Shown: positions 10,493 through 21,172, numbered from the stretch's first letter. The stretch: DNA of 64,000 bases from an uncultured Pseudomonadota bacterium (GCA_913047675.1 CAJWTO010000002.1:6833-70832); one strand, 5' to 3'. Numbers and translations: made by a program. The notes: a model not told the origin generated them from the sequence alone.

Positions 10493-12226
10493 ATGTTAGG
10501 CCTCGAATCGAAAAGTTGGCAGACTTATAAACGCCTGATTACACATGTTGTTCCTCACTGGAAGATTTTTGCTCTCTCTGTTGTATCCATGTTTTTACTG
10601 GCGTCGACTGAGTGGGTTTTGCCCGCATTATTAAAACCGATAATCGATTCTGACTTCGACTTGTCTGCACCAGATAAGTTAATGCTGATCCCAATATTGT
10701 TAGTGTGCCTATTTCTTTTCCGTGGGCTACTCAGTTATTCAGCAACTGTGGCGCTCAACTGGGTTGCTCAGAGAGTGATTTATGACATTCGCACCAAGAT
10801 GTTCGATGTCCTTATTAGATTACCGGTGACTTATTTTGATAAACGTAGTTCTGGAGTGTTGATTTCCAAATTTACGTTCGACGTAACGCAGGTAGCGGAT
10901 GCGGCAACGAAAGTTATCACGGTGTTGGTGAAAGACTTTACCGTAGTAATTGTATTGTTAGCGTATCTCACTTTTTTGAATTGGCGACTCGCGATCATGC
11001 TATTAATTTTTGGCCCTATTATCGCGATAGTAATTAAAAGCGTCTCTAAGCGTATGAGGCTGATGAGCCACCGCTTACAAGAGTCGGTGGGCGAGTTAAA
11101 TAATTCTGTGTCTGAGTCTATTAGAGGGCAACGGGAGATTAAGCTTTTTAATAGTTATTACCATGAACAAGGTCGGTTTTCTCATGCCGCCAACCAAGCA
11201 CGTAAATTTCAGATGAAAGTTATAAGAACGAGCGCCATGATAGTCCCAGTAATTCAGCTGATTGTTGCGTCGGCAGTAGCTGTTCTTATTGCGATCGCGT
11301 TAAGAGAGCAGGCGGTTTCCGGAATGACAAAAGGTGATTTTGTCGCATTTTTTACAGCGACCGCCCTACTCTTACCTCCGATCAAGCGTTTAGCTGGAGT
11401 TAATGAATTTTTGCAACGAGGTATTGCAGCGGCTGAATCAGTTTTTATTTTGCTTGATACTCCAATTGAAATTGATACTAGTGCAAAAACTATCCGATTC
11501 GATGGAGCGATAGAGTTTTCAAATGTTTATTTAACTTATGATGACAAGGAAGTTTTATTCGATATTTCTATGAGCGTTCGGCCAGGCGAAACATGGGCGA
11601 TTGTTGGCCGTTCGGGTGCGGGCAAAACAAGTATTGTGAATCTTTTGCCGCGTTTTTACTCTCCTACTAAGGGAACCATACATGTCGATGGAAAAGACCT
11701 TAGTTCTTATAGCTTAGAGTGCGTAAGACATAATATGAGTTATGTTAGTCAAAATATCGTTTTGTTTAATGATACGATTTACAACAACATTGCGTACGGA
11801 TCCCACACAGCCTTCTCACCCGATCAGATAGTTACTGCCGCTGAAAGAGCGCAAGTAAGTGTTTTTTCTGACCTGTTGCCTGACGGCTTAGATACCATTG
11901 TTGGCGATAATGGTGTTCGTCTGTCTGGCGGACAGCGACAGCGTATTGCTATAGCTCGCGCCTTTCTTAAAGATGCGCCAATATTAATCATGGACGAGGC
12001 CACTGCAGCGCTAGATAACAAGTCTGAGCGTTTGGTACAAACTGCGCTCAAGAGCCTTAAAAGTGGTCGTACTACTTTTATAGTTGCTCATCGCCTATCA
12101 ACTATTGTGGAGGCTGATCAAATTATGGTGGTAGACAATGGTCGCGTTAGTGGTATTGGTACGCATGACGAAATGCTCGCCGATAACACTTTATATTCGC
12201 AACTCTACAGTGCAGGGTTTAATTAG
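10493..12226 (+). CDS. msbA: lipid A export ABC transporter ATP-binding/permease MsbA
   Basis: It has six N-terminal TM helices plus an ABC domain. The Walker A is GRSGAGKTS, the signature is LSGGQRQR and the Walker B is ILIMDEAT. Confidence 0.8.
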   Translation: MLGLESKSWQTYKRLITHVVPHWKIFALSVVSMFLLASTEWVLPALLKPIIDSDFDLSAPDKLMLIPILLVCLFLFRGLLSYSATVALNWVAQRVIYDIRTKMFDVLIRLPVTYFDKRSSGVLISKFTFDVTQVADAATKVITVLVKDFTVVIVLLAYLTFLNWRLAIMLLIFGPIIAIVIKSVSKRMRLMSHRLQESVGELNNSVSESIRGQREIKLFNSYYHEQGRFSHAANQARKFQMKVIRTSAMIVPVIQLIVASAVAVLIAIALREQAVSGMTKGDFVAFFTATALLLPPIKRLAGVNEFLQRGIAAAESVFILLDTPIEIDTSAKTIRFDGAIEFSNVYLTYDDKEVLFDISMSVRPGETWAIVGRSGAGKTSIVNLLPRFYSPTKGTIHVDGKDLSSYSLECVRHNMSYVSQNIVLFNDTIYNNIAYGSHTAFSPDQIVTAAERAQVSVFSDLLPDGLDTIVGDNGVRLSGGQRQRIAIARAFLKDAPILIMDEATAALDNKSERLVQTALKSLKSGRTTFIVAHRLSTIVEADQIMVVDNGRVSGIGTHDEMLADNTLYSQLYSAGFN

Positions 12227-12267
12227 TCTTCCGGATTTCGGTATGCCTCGTTATTACGCGGATACCT

Positions 12268-13647
12268 TTAATTGCCTGCAACGGTCATTTCTTTTATTAA
12301 AATAGAACCTATTTGCACAGAGTTATTTGTTTCGGCGTCGTTGCTGATAGCAACTATATCTGCAAGCATTTCTAATAGATTTCCTGCAATAGTGACTTCT
12401 TCTACGGGGTGACTAATTTCCCCGTTGTCTATGAGAAACCCCGTCGCTCCCCTAGAATAGTCACCAGTCACGTTGTTGACCCCGAAGCCCATTAATTCAG
12501 TTACTAGTAGTCCTTTTGAGATAGGAGAAATCATTTGAGCAAGACTTTGGTCATTGTGGTTTATACGGATATTGGTGACCCCTCCAGAATTACCAGTAGG
12601 TTCCATGTCCAGCTTTCTCGCAGAATAGCCGTCTAAAATATAATGGGCGATTTCTCCGTTAGTAACAATTTCTTTGTTGTACGTCGTTACACCTTCTGAA
12701 TCGTAATTGGTACTAGCTAGTCCTCCAATGATGTGCGGTTTTTCACTAATAGACACAAAGCTTGGTAGAATTTTTTTCCCGAGGCTGTCATTTAAGAATG
12801 ACGTTTTTTCATACTGTGACTTCCCGGAAAGAGCCGACAGTAAGTGACCGATAAGCCCAGGGGCCACCCGAGAGGAGAATACTATCGGCAGTCGTTGCGT
12901 GGAGATCTTTTTAGCACCGAGCTTTTGTTCGGTGCGAGTTGCTGCCATAGCACCAATGTGATCGGCACTCTCCAACAGTTCGGGATCTCTATTGCTCGAA
13001 TAATAGTATCCTTTTTGCATTTTTCCTGATGTGTCGCTTGCAATCATTATCGAGCTTATACTGTTCTGAGTTGCACAATAGGCTTGATTAAAACCGTCTG
13101 TAGTTGCGTAAGCGCGACTACCTCTTGATTTGCTGATAGTCACGCCGTCGGACTGTTGTTTTGCCGTAGCTTTGGATAGTCCTACTGACTCTACTTGTTT
13201 CGCTAAATCAATTAGTTGCTCAGTTTCGACGGGCCAAGGATTGTCTAGGCCTAGTTCCTTAAACTCATCACATAAATAGCTTTTTTTAATCAATCCCGCA
13301 TATTTATCAGACTCCCCGTGAGCGGCGATGATTTTCGCTGCTTTGACAGTCTTTTTAAGCGCCTCATCAGAAAAATCAGAGGTTGTGGCACTGCCTTTGC
13401 GGCCATTATCATAGAGGGTGATAGCTAAACTTTGCTTTTGCTGGTTTTCTACACTTTCGCAGACATTTTCTCGCACCGTGATTTCGAGCCCGTCCGCTGC
13501 AGACACAGATACTTCTGCTTCTTTCACATCTTCTTGGGATGAAATATCGAGTATTTTTTCTGCTATCGTTTGAAGTTTGTTAGGAGAATAAAATACGTCA
13601 TTTTTGGTAGAAGTCATATATGGTATCGTAACCTTTTTCTGCAGCAA
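12268..13647 (-). CDS. pmbA: metalloprotease PmbA/TldE (TldD/PmbA family)
   Basis: It has TldD/PmbA family sequence with the HGxSH-like region AAHGESDK... The length is about 450 aa. Confidence 0.7.
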   Translation of the reverse strand: MLQKKVTIPYMTSTKNDVFYSPNKLQTIAEKILDISSQEDVKEAEVSVSAADGLEITVRENVCESVENQQKQSLAITLYDNGRKGSATTSDFSDEALKKTVKAAKIIAAHGESDKYAGLIKKSYLCDEFKELGLDNPWPVETEQLIDLAKQVESVGLSKATAKQQSDGVTISKSRGSRAYATTDGFNQAYCATQNSISSIMIASDTSGKMQKGYYYSSNRDPELLESADHIGAMAATRTEQKLGAKKISTQRLPIVFSSRVAPGLIGHLLSALSGKSQYEKTSFLNDSLGKKILPSFVSISEKPHIIGGLASTNYDSEGVTTYNKEIVTNGEIAHYILDGYSARKLDMEPTGNSGGVTNIRINHNDQSLAQMISPISKGLLVTELMGFGVNNVTGDYSRGATGFLIDNGEISHPVEEVTIAGNLLEMLADIVAISNDAETNNSVQIGSILIKEMTVAGN

Positions 13648-13721
13648 GCACTAAACGTTGGTTTTTATTATAAGCAATTATTTGGCCCCCAGTGCTCTAG
13701 ATACAAATTTTAAGTACTAAT

Positions 13722-15881
13722 ATGGAACATAGCGTAATTTTAGATGGACTGAATGCTCGGCAGTCTGATGCGGTCACTTCTAATTCTCCACATGTCCTTG
13801 TGTTGGCGGGTGCAGGGAGTGGTAAAACAAAAGTCTTGGTGCATCGAGTGGCCTGGTACTTAGAAACAGGACAAGCGTTGCCTTCAAGCGTGTTAGCGGT
13901 GACCTTCACTAATAAGGCTGCTACAGAGATGAGACACCGAATTCGGAATCTGACTGATTCAGATACTGACTCAATGTGGGTTGGTACTTTTCATAATATT
14001 GCACACCGTATATTACGGCATCATTGGAAAGAAGCGGGTTTGAAACAAAGATTTCAGATAATTGACTCCGATGATCAATTGAGGCTAATCAAACGACTAA
14101 TTAAAGACAGTGGTTTTAAAGATGAAGAAGTTGCCCCCAAAGAAGCGCAGTGGTTTATCAATAATCGTAAAGATAGAGGTGAGCGACCAGAACAAATAGA
14201 CGACTATGCCGATCAAAATTTCTTGAACATGGTCAAAGTTTATAAACTATATGAGCAGGCATGCCAACGAGCCGGTTTAGTCGATTTTGCTGAATTGTTG
14301 TTGAGCGCTAATGATTTATGGCGGAAGTGTCCTGCACTACTAGCGCAATACCGTCGACGTTTCCGACATATATTAGTCGACGAATTTCAGGACACGAACG
14401 CTATCCAATATGCATGGTTGAGGCAGTTAGCTGGATCAGATGGACATTTGTTTGCGGTTGGAGATGATGATCAGTCTATTTATAGCTGGAGGGGAGCGCA
14501 GGTCGAAAACATGCAGAAGTTTCGTGACCATTTCACCCAGCACCATATGGTGCGATTGGAGCAGAACTATCGATCAACCAGTAATATATTAGACTGTGCC
14601 AATTCTCTCATCAGCTATAACCCCTCAAGAATAGGCAAGGAACTTTGGACAGATGGAGCTAAGGGAGAGCCAGTATCGCTTTACTCCGGCTACAATGATC
14701 TAGACGAGTCTCGCTTTGTGGCGGACAGAGTCTCGCAATGGTTCGATAGTGGGTATCGATTATCAGAGTGCGCTATTCTTTATCGCGTCAGCGCGCAGTC
14801 TAGAGTGCTGGAAGATGCCCTAAGGCAGACAGACATACCTTATCGAGTTTACGGCGGCTTTCGGTTCTATGAGAGAGCAGAAATTAAAGATGCCTTAGCC
14901 TACGTAAGACTTGTTAATTCCCGCGCGGACGATGCCGCGCTTGAACGCATCGTCAATTTGCCATCAAGAGGCATAGGCTTACGAAGTCTTGAGCAGGTTC
15001 GTTTGATTGCCCGTGAACGAGATTGTACCTTGTGGTCTGCGATCGCAAGCATCATCGAAGATAAATCAATTTCGGCTCGGGCTATTGGTGCGCTTAAAAG
15101 TTTTGTTCAGTTGATTGATCAAATGACCGTTTTATCGCGTGACGAAAGTTTGGCACCATTATTAGAAAATATAATTTCTCTTAGTGGTTTGGAAGATCAC
15201 TATAAGAAAGAAAAAGGCGAGAGAGGTTTTGATAGGATTGAAAACCTTAACGAATTAATTGCTGCGGCTGAAGATTTTTCAGGTCAATCTACCGATGAAG
15301 ATATGTCACTATTAGACGCCTTTTTGGCGCATGCGGCCTTAGAGTCTGGTGAAGGTCAAGTGGATGAAAACGAAGACGGTGTTCAGTTAATGACTTTGCA
15401 TTCGGCGAAAGGGTTGGAATTTCCGTTAGTTTTCATCGTTGGTGTAGAAGAGGGATTATTCCCTCACCAGAGATCTGTGGATGATCCACTGCAGTTAGAG
15501 GAAGAACGGCGATTATGTTATGTGGGTATTACCCGTGCTATGAAAAAATTGATCATAACGAATGCTGAATCGAGACGTCTACACGGAAGCGAGTATTATC
15601 CTAGGCCGTCCCGCTTTTTGAACGAGCTTCCGGAAGAAGCGCTAGAAAATATTAGAGTTGGCGGTAGTTTTTATAGTACTCATGACCGATATAGTACCGA
15701 TGTCGAAGATACTTCGGAGAGCGAATATAATCTAGGCTGTACTGTAAGACACAAAACTTTCGGAGAAGGTACGGTTCTGCAAGTTGAAGGACGAGGTGAT
15801 CAAGCACGGTTGCAGGTCAATTTTGTAGCTAATGGCTCAAAATGGTTGGTAGCTGGTTATGCGGGGTTGGAAAAAATATGA
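13722..15881 (+). CDS. uvrD: DNA helicase II UvrD (UvrD/Rep superfamily 1 helicase)
   Basis: The Walker A is AGAGSGKT. It has the SF1 helicase motifs. Its 719 aa length fits UvrD better than Rep. Confidence 0.7.
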   Translation: MEHSVILDGLNARQSDAVTSNSPHVLVLAGAGSGKTKVLVHRVAWYLETGQALPSSVLAVTFTNKAATEMRHRIRNLTDSDTDSMWVGTFHNIAHRILRHHWKEAGLKQRFQIIDSDDQLRLIKRLIKDSGFKDEEVAPKEAQWFINNRKDRGERPEQIDDYADQNFLNMVKVYKLYEQACQRAGLVDFAELLLSANDLWRKCPALLAQYRRRFRHILVDEFQDTNAIQYAWLRQLAGSDGHLFAVGDDDQSIYSWRGAQVENMQKFRDHFTQHHMVRLEQNYRSTSNILDCANSLISYNPSRIGKELWTDGAKGEPVSLYSGYNDLDESRFVADRVSQWFDSGYRLSECAILYRVSAQSRVLEDALRQTDIPYRVYGGFRFYERAEIKDALAYVRLVNSRADDAALERIVNLPSRGIGLRSLEQVRLIARERDCTLWSAIASIIEDKSISARAIGALKSFVQLIDQMTVLSRDESLAPLLENIISLSGLEDHYKKEKGERGFDRIENLNELIAAAEDFSGQSTDEDMSLLDAFLAHAALESGEGQVDENEDGVQLMTLHSAKGLEFPLVFIVGVEEGLFPHQRSVDDPLQLEEERRLCYVGITRAMKKLIITNAESRRLHGSEYYPRPSRFLNELPEEALENIRVGGSFYSTHDRYSTDVEDTSESEYNLGCTVRHKTFGEGTVLQVEGRGDQARLQVNFVANGSKWLVAGYAGLEKI

Positions 15882-15903
15882 AGTGGGCAGGTTAGTTATT
15901 CTA

Positions 15904-17007
15904 ATGAAAAAAATTAAGTTTGGATTAAATATCGCGGTAATTATTTTTGTCATTATCGGATTATCGGGTTGTTTAACAGACAATGAAGTTAGTAGCTCCG
16001 TTAGATCGGAGGAGAAATTTCAGTGGAAGTTAGTGACTGCTTGGCCTCCGAATTTGCCTATAAATCATGACACTGTGGAAAAATTTGCTGAAGATATCGC
16101 TACCATGAGTCAGGGACGCCTTAAAATCACTGTGTATGCCGGTGGTGAGTTGATACCCGCTTTACAAACGTTCGATGCTGTATCACAAGGTTCGGTTGAG
16201 ATGGGTCATGGTGCCGCGTATTACTGGGCGGGTAAGATCCCTGAAGCACAGTTTTTCAGTACGGTGCCTTTTGGTATGACGCAAAACGGGGCCTGGGCTT
16301 GGATATATGGTGGTGACGGTTTAGATTTGTGGCAAGAATTATATAAACCGTTTGGAGTAGTCCCATTTCCTTTGGGCAACACCGGTATCCAGATGGGCGG
16401 GTGGTTCAACACAAAAATTGAAAAAATTGATGATCTGAAAGGTCTAAAGATGCGGATCCCTGGCCTAGGCGGCAAAGTATTAGCTAAGGCAGGAGGTAAT
16501 CCCGTTCTCTATGATGCATCCGAGGTGTACAGTGCGCTTGAGAGAGGTGTGATAGATGCTACAGAATGGGTGGGTCCCCTACATGATGTTCGTATGGGCT
16601 TAGATAGGGCGGCAAAATATTACTACTTTCCCGGATGGCATGAGCCCGGCACCCAGTTAGAGTTGATAATTAATGAGGAGGCTTGGAATTCTCTGCCTGA
16701 AGACTTGAAGGTTATTGTCAAAGCGGCGGCAGCCTCGGCGAGCTTATATATGTTCGGGCAATCTGAAGTATTAAATGCTGAGGCGTTTAATCTACTAAAA
16801 GAAAAGCAGCATGTTGAGATATTAGAGTTTCCACCGCAAGTCCTGTCTTATTTGGCAGGTTTTACCGAGGAGGTAATGCTGGAAGAGGCTTCGAATAATG
16901 AGAACTTCGACAAAGTACTAAAGTCGTACCAGAAATTTAGAGACAAGCGAAAGGACTTTGAGCTAGTGACTGATCGCGCTTATAAGAAAGCTCTAGAAGA
17001 TCGATAG
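15904..17007 (+). CDS. TRAP transporter substrate-binding protein (DctP family), lipoprotein
   Basis: It has the family-typical GAAYYWAGKIPEAQFF region. It starts with a signal peptide and lipobox (LSGC). No dctQ/dctM genes are adjacent. Confidence 0.6.
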   Translation: MKKIKFGLNIAVIIFVIIGLSGCLTDNEVSSSVRSEEKFQWKLVTAWPPNLPINHDTVEKFAEDIATMSQGRLKITVYAGGELIPALQTFDAVSQGSVEMGHGAAYYWAGKIPEAQFFSTVPFGMTQNGAWAWIYGGDGLDLWQELYKPFGVVPFPLGNTGIQMGGWFNTKIEKIDDLKGLKMRIPGLGGKVLAKAGGNPVLYDASEVYSALERGVIDATEWVGPLHDVRMGLDRAAKYYYFPGWHEPGTQLELIINEEAWNSLPEDLKVIVKAAAASASLYMFGQSEVLNAEAFNLLKEKQHVEILEFPPQVLSYLAGFTEEVMLEEASNNENFDKVLKSYQKFRDKRKDFELVTDRAYKKALEDR

Positions 17008-17044
17008 AAACCGATTAAATGCTTGTTCTGAGTAAGGCACCGAT

Positions 17045-17707
17045 CTAAATTGTAAATTTTCCTTTCATCATAGAATAGTGGCCTGGAAAGCTGCAAAAAA
17101 ACGTATAATTTACACCACTTTGGAATGGGCTAAGATCCAGAGTTATAGAAGAGCTTTCTCCACCTCCAATGAGTTGAGTTTGTCCTAAAATAAGTTCACT
17201 GTCCGGAAGATACCCATTCTCGGCTCCATTTGCCATGTCGATGGTTGATATAAGGCTACTGAAGTCCGATTCGGCAACAAAAACGATATTGTGACCCATA
17301 ATGTTTGCAGGGAGATTTCCAGTATGGTTGAGGGTCAACTTGAGCTCCGAGCAGGAGGAGTCAACTTTGAGCTCAGTGATATCGAACTGCATGGTGTCTG
17401 TCGCATTAACGATGGCCTCGCACTTCCCCAGTGCGACTTTTGGCTGGGATCCGGTAGAACCTTCATTAGTATTGTTCGGCGCAGCCGTTGAATTTTGATC
17501 GCTATTTAAGGCTATCACGTTATCACTGGTATTGAGCGTGCCTACGGGCTGTATTCTTTCCGCGACAACGGCGCCATGTTCTTGCGTTTTTTGAAAGTCA
17601 TTATCCACGATTATGGCGAGTACATAAGCGCCTAAGCCAACTACTACTAGCCCAGCTAAAACTAGGGAGAAATTTCTAACAAATACGTCGTCTTCTTGAT
17701 CGCTCAT
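17045..17707 (-). CDS. azu: azurin (cupredoxin) with N-terminal membrane anchor and Ser/Thr/Asn-rich linker
   Basis: The C-terminal 128 aa align with P. aeruginosa azurin, including the Cu ligands (GHN...FFCSFPGHYSMMKG). The N-terminus has a TM helix and a linker of about 60 aa. Confidence 0.75.
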   Translation of the reverse strand: MSDQEDDVFVRNFSLVLAGLVVVGLGAYVLAIIVDNDFQKTQEHGAVVAERIQPVGTLNTSDNVIALNSDQNSTAAPNNTNEGSTGSQPKVALGKCEAIVNATDTMQFDITELKVDSSCSELKLTLNHTGNLPANIMGHNIVFVAESDFSSLISTIDMANGAENGYLPDSELILGQTQLIGGGESSSITLDLSPFQSGVNYTFFCSFPGHYSMMKGKFTI

Positions 17708-17931
17708 AGGGTGCTCTCATCAAGTTGTATGCTTTTAGGTTAAGCATAATGGTTTTTGCAAATATCTTGGAGAGCTATTATAGCGTAAAACGCGCTCTAC
17801 TCTAGAGCGAGTTGTATAAATATTTATTATATTTCGGGTGAAAGTTCACTCAGACTGTCCCCGGATAGGAAGTTTTCGCATGTTGGTACAGGGGGATGAC
17901 ATTTCAATCTATAGCCAATAGATCATAACTC

Positions 17932-17960
17932 AAAAAAAAGCCCCTTTAACAAGGGGCTTT
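17932..17960 (-). terminator. rho-independent terminator downstream of pstS
   Basis: The GC hairpin AAAGCCCCTT-GTTA-AAGGGGCTTT is followed by a T8 run on the minus strand. Confidence 0.7.
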
Positions 17961-17976
17961 ATAAGCTGTGGCATTT

Positions 17977-18942
17977 TTAATTTGCCAGTATTCCGTCCAT
18001 GTATTTACTAGCGACTTTAGCCGGTACCGGAATATAACCATCTTTTATGACTACTTCCTGTCCTTCTTTGCTTAGTACCATTTTCATGAACGCTCTCTCC
18101 AGAGGAGGTAACGGGTTGTTGGGTTGCTTGTTAACGTAGACATACAAGAATCTCGCCAACGGATAAGTACCATTGATGGCGTTATCAGAAGTAGGCTCGA
18201 CCAATCCAGCTTTTTTAGATAGAGCGATTGCTCGAACCCCCGAAGTTCTATAGCCGATACCGCTATAACCTATGCCGTTAAGTGATTTGGTTATGCCTTG
18301 AACAACTGAGGCGGAGCCAGGTTGCTCATTGACTGAGTCCTTGAAGTCTCCTTTGCAGAGGGCTTTCTTTTTAAAGTAGCCGTAAGTTCCGGAAACACTA
18401 TTTCGACCATAAATTTGAATGGCTCTATCTCTCCAGCTACCAGACAATCCTATATCTCCCCATGTTTTTATATCGGAGGAACCACCACACTTTCTTGTGG
18501 CTGAAAAGATGGCGTCAGCTTGTTTAATAGACATACCCTTAATCGGGTTGTCCTTGTGGACAAATATCGCTAGAGAATCTATCGCTACGGGCACTGCGGT
18601 TGGCTTGTAGCCGTATTTTTTCTCAAACGCGGCTAATTCTTTCGACTTCATTTTTCGGCTCATCGGCCCAAGATTTGACGTTGCCTCAGTAAGCGCTGGC
18701 GGCGCAGTGGACGAACCTGCAGCTTGGATCTGGATATTCACATTTGGGTAGAATAGCCGAAAGCTTTCAGCCCATAGTGTCATGAGGTTTGCGAGCGTAT
18801 CTGAACCGACGCTGTTAAGGTTACCAGAAACACCGCTCTCTTTTTGATAGTTTTTTATACCAGCATCGACTTCTACGCCGCTAGCGGTACCGGAAAAAAT
18901 AAGTGCTAATAAAGCACCGGAGAGAAGACGTTTAAACATCAC
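17977..18942 (-). CDS. pstS: phosphate ABC transporter substrate-binding protein PstS
   Basis: It has a signal peptide and PstS-family sequence. No pstCAB is adjacent. Confidence 0.7.
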   Translation of the reverse strand: MMFKRLLSGALLALIFSGTASGVEVDAGIKNYQKESGVSGNLNSVGSDTLANLMTLWAESFRLFYPNVNIQIQAAGSSTAPPALTEATSNLGPMSRKMKSKELAAFEKKYGYKPTAVPVAIDSLAIFVHKDNPIKGMSIKQADAIFSATRKCGGSSDIKTWGDIGLSGSWRDRAIQIYGRNSVSGTYGYFKKKALCKGDFKDSVNEQPGSASVVQGITKSLNGIGYSGIGYRTSGVRAIALSKKAGLVEPTSDNAINGTYPLARFLYVYVNKQPNNPLPPLERAFMKMVLSKEGQEVVIKDGYIPVPAKVASKYMDGILAN

Positions 18943-19103
18943 TAATAACCTCCTAAGGGCTAAAAACTAGAATTTACAACATAATGAACAAATTGCATTT
19001 TGCCGATGCTTCATGACAGTTTGATGAACTGACTGACCGACAGTCTGTTTGTTATCTAGAATCAACTAACCGTATGGCACTCGAGAGCCACGGATGTATG
19101 TAT

Positions 19104-19736
19104 TTATTTTTTAGTCGCCAGGTGATCGACGACGTTCAACAAGTTTTCAAATGATCCCGTGTTCCGTACGCTTGTCCTGTATTGTCCGTTGACGATCATC
19201 GAAGGCACTCCGCCGATACCTGAGGCTCGTGTTAGTGACATTGCCTTGCGCACACTGACGTCTATTTCGAAGGAATGATAAACTTCATCGAATACATCTT
19301 CGTCAACACCATGATTCACAAAGAATGCGCCTATTTGTTTTTCTGTATAAATTTTTTCTTTTTTAACGTGTAATGCATTGAATAGTTTCGGATGAATGCT
19401 ATCGAGGATTCCGAGTTTTTTTGCGGTGTAAAATGCACGTGCGTGAGGTGCCCATTTTCGGTCGAAAACAGCAGGTATTTGATCAAACTGAATTTCAGGG
19501 TTGATATTTTTTTTCCATACGCCTAGAGCAGGTTCAAAGTCGAAGCAGTGACCACAACCGTACCAAAAAAACTCAACAATTTTGGTTTCAGAAGGAGGTC
19601 GGGAAGCATGTACTGGCGGGGTTATGTTGAAATAGTGGGTTCCTTCAACCCACTTCGATTCTGTTTTTTCGGCATGTGCGACAAAGCATCCAATTGCCAA
19701 GCCGATGGCAATTAAGAACTTGATTCGATATACCAA
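19104..19736 (-). CDS. dsbA: thiol:disulfide interchange protein DsbA
   Basis: It has a signal peptide and the CGHC active site in FFWYGCGHCFDFEP. Confidence 0.85.
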   Translation of the reverse strand: MVYRIKFLIAIGLAIGCFVAHAEKTESKWVEGTHYFNITPPVHASRPPSETKIVEFFWYGCGHCFDFEPALGVWKKNINPEIQFDQIPAVFDRKWAPHARAFYTAKKLGILDSIHPKLFNALHVKKEKIYTEKQIGAFFVNHGVDEDVFDEVYHSFEIDVSVRKAMSLTRASGIGGVPSMIVNGQYRTSVRNTGSFENLLNVVDHLATKK

Positions 19737-19758
19737 TTAAGCCGAACCTGTTGTGATA

Positions 19759-20373
19759 CTAGTGCAATGCAGAGACATATTTGGATAGCTGTGTAATTTC
19801 TTCATCAGATAATTTAGCAGCAATAGAGCGCATCATCATTTGTTGATCGGTATCTCTAGTTCGATCGCGATAACTCAGTAATTGACCCTCGGTATAGTCT
19901 GCGTGCTGACCTCTTAGCGCTGGGTATTTAGCTGCTGGATTGCCGGCGCCATTAGGACCGTGACATGACATACAAGCGGGTATTCCTCTTGATTTATCGC
20001 CCCCACGATAGATCTTCTCCGCGACAACACTTTCTTCATCCGATGTGAAATAAATTTTAGGCGATTGCTTGGCAAAATAATCAGCGATTTCTATCATATC
20101 GATATCACTCAAATTTGCTGCCATTGGAGACATTAGCCCATTTTGCCGGCTTCCTGATTTATAAGCTTGTAATTGTTTTACGATATAGTCCGCCCCTTGT
20201 CCCGCCAAGCTAGGCCATGCCGGATTGATACTATTCCCATCTACGCCGTGGCAAGCGCCACATACAGCAGCTTTTTGCTCGCCATTAGCGAAAGCCCCTA
20301 GAGATAAAAGTAACGTTACTGTCAGTAACAACTGTTGGCAGAATATCCTATGACACATCAATACAGCTCTCAA
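19759..20373 (-). CDS. cc4: cytochrome c4 (dihaem)
   Basis: It has two CxxCH motifs (CGACH and CMSCH) and a signal peptide. The cc4-dsbA arrangement matches Pseudomonas. Confidence 0.85.
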   Translation of the reverse strand: MRAVLMCHRIFCQQLLLTVTLLLSLGAFANGEQKAAVCGACHGVDGNSINPAWPSLAGQGADYIVKQLQAYKSGSRQNGLMSPMAANLSDIDMIEIADYFAKQSPKIYFTSDEESVVAEKIYRGGDKSRGIPACMSCHGPNGAGNPAAKYPALRGQHADYTEGQLLSYRDRTRDTDQQMMMRSIAAKLSDEEITQLSKYVSALH

Positions 20374-20521
20374 TTAATAAATTTTATAATTCTATTATAT
20401 ACGTTTGCCTGCGTTGGATCTTCAAAAAAAAACATTTTTTAGGATGGTATTATAAAATCTTTATCCTAATTGGAGCAGGGAAATTAGCAAAAAGCAGACT
20501 TTTTCAGAAGCTCGCGGTTTA

Positions 20522-21118
20522 ATGCAGCGAGCTTCTTTCTTGTTAAGTGTGCCCAAATGCACCATGCTTCCAGAAGACGTCGGTCGAGAGGTGGCATTTG
20601 CTGGACGGTCGAATAGCGGCAAATCCAGCTCGTTAAATGTGCTCTGTGGTCAGAAAAACTTAGCTAGAACCAGTCGAACACCAGGGCGGACTCAACATTT
20701 GGTGGTGTTTGGTTTGGCGTCAAGTCGCAGGCTTGTAGATTTACCTGGCTTTGGTTACGCGAAGGTATCGAAAACGCTTCGTAGCCACTGGGAGAAAGAA
20801 TTGCCCGAATACCTAGAGCGCCGGGCTTCCCTGGCCGGTCTATTTTTAGTTATGGATTGCCGGCACCCCTTTAAACCTCAAGAAGAAGTTCTAACTAATT
20901 GGTGCGCTAATTGTGGCGTCCCTATGCATATATTGATTAATAAGATTGATAAGTTAGGTAAGAGTCAAAGAGCTAGAGTATTGTCTGAGGTCAGCCAACG
21001 AATAAAAGATTTGGGGACAGATAATATTACCGCGCAGCTTTTTTCTGCAGCAAAACATATCGGGAGTGAGGAAGCGTGGACGGTCTTAGCCGATTGGTTT
21101 TCAGATGAACCAAAATGA
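20522..21118 (+). CDS. engB: ribosome biogenesis GTP-binding protein EngB/YihA
   Basis: It has the G1 motif GRSNSGKSS and is divergent from cc4, as in Pseudomonas. Confidence 0.85.
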   Translation: MQRASFLLSVPKCTMLPEDVGREVAFAGRSNSGKSSSLNVLCGQKNLARTSRTPGRTQHLVVFGLASSRRLVDLPGFGYAKVSKTLRSHWEKELPEYLERRASLAGLFLVMDCRHPFKPQEEVLTNWCANCGVPMHILINKIDKLGKSQRARVLSEVSQRIKDLGTDNITAQLFSAAKHIGSEEAWTVLADWFSDEPK

Positions 21119-21172
21119 CGATAGCGATCGTCTAGAATGACTTTTTATCCTAGTGAAAAGTAACTTGAGGTT

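Noticed and set aside
15859-15903. An ATG at 15859 as the TRAP SBP start, overlapping the uvrD 3' end by 23 nt
   Set aside because: The Met at 15904 begins a canonical lipoprotein signal peptide (MKKIKFGL…LSGC) and avoids the overlap.
21118-21133. The GACGAT-AGCG-ATCGTC palindrome after engB as a terminator
   Set aside because: The 6-bp stem is AT-rich and weak, and the T-run is displaced. It was not listed as a feature.
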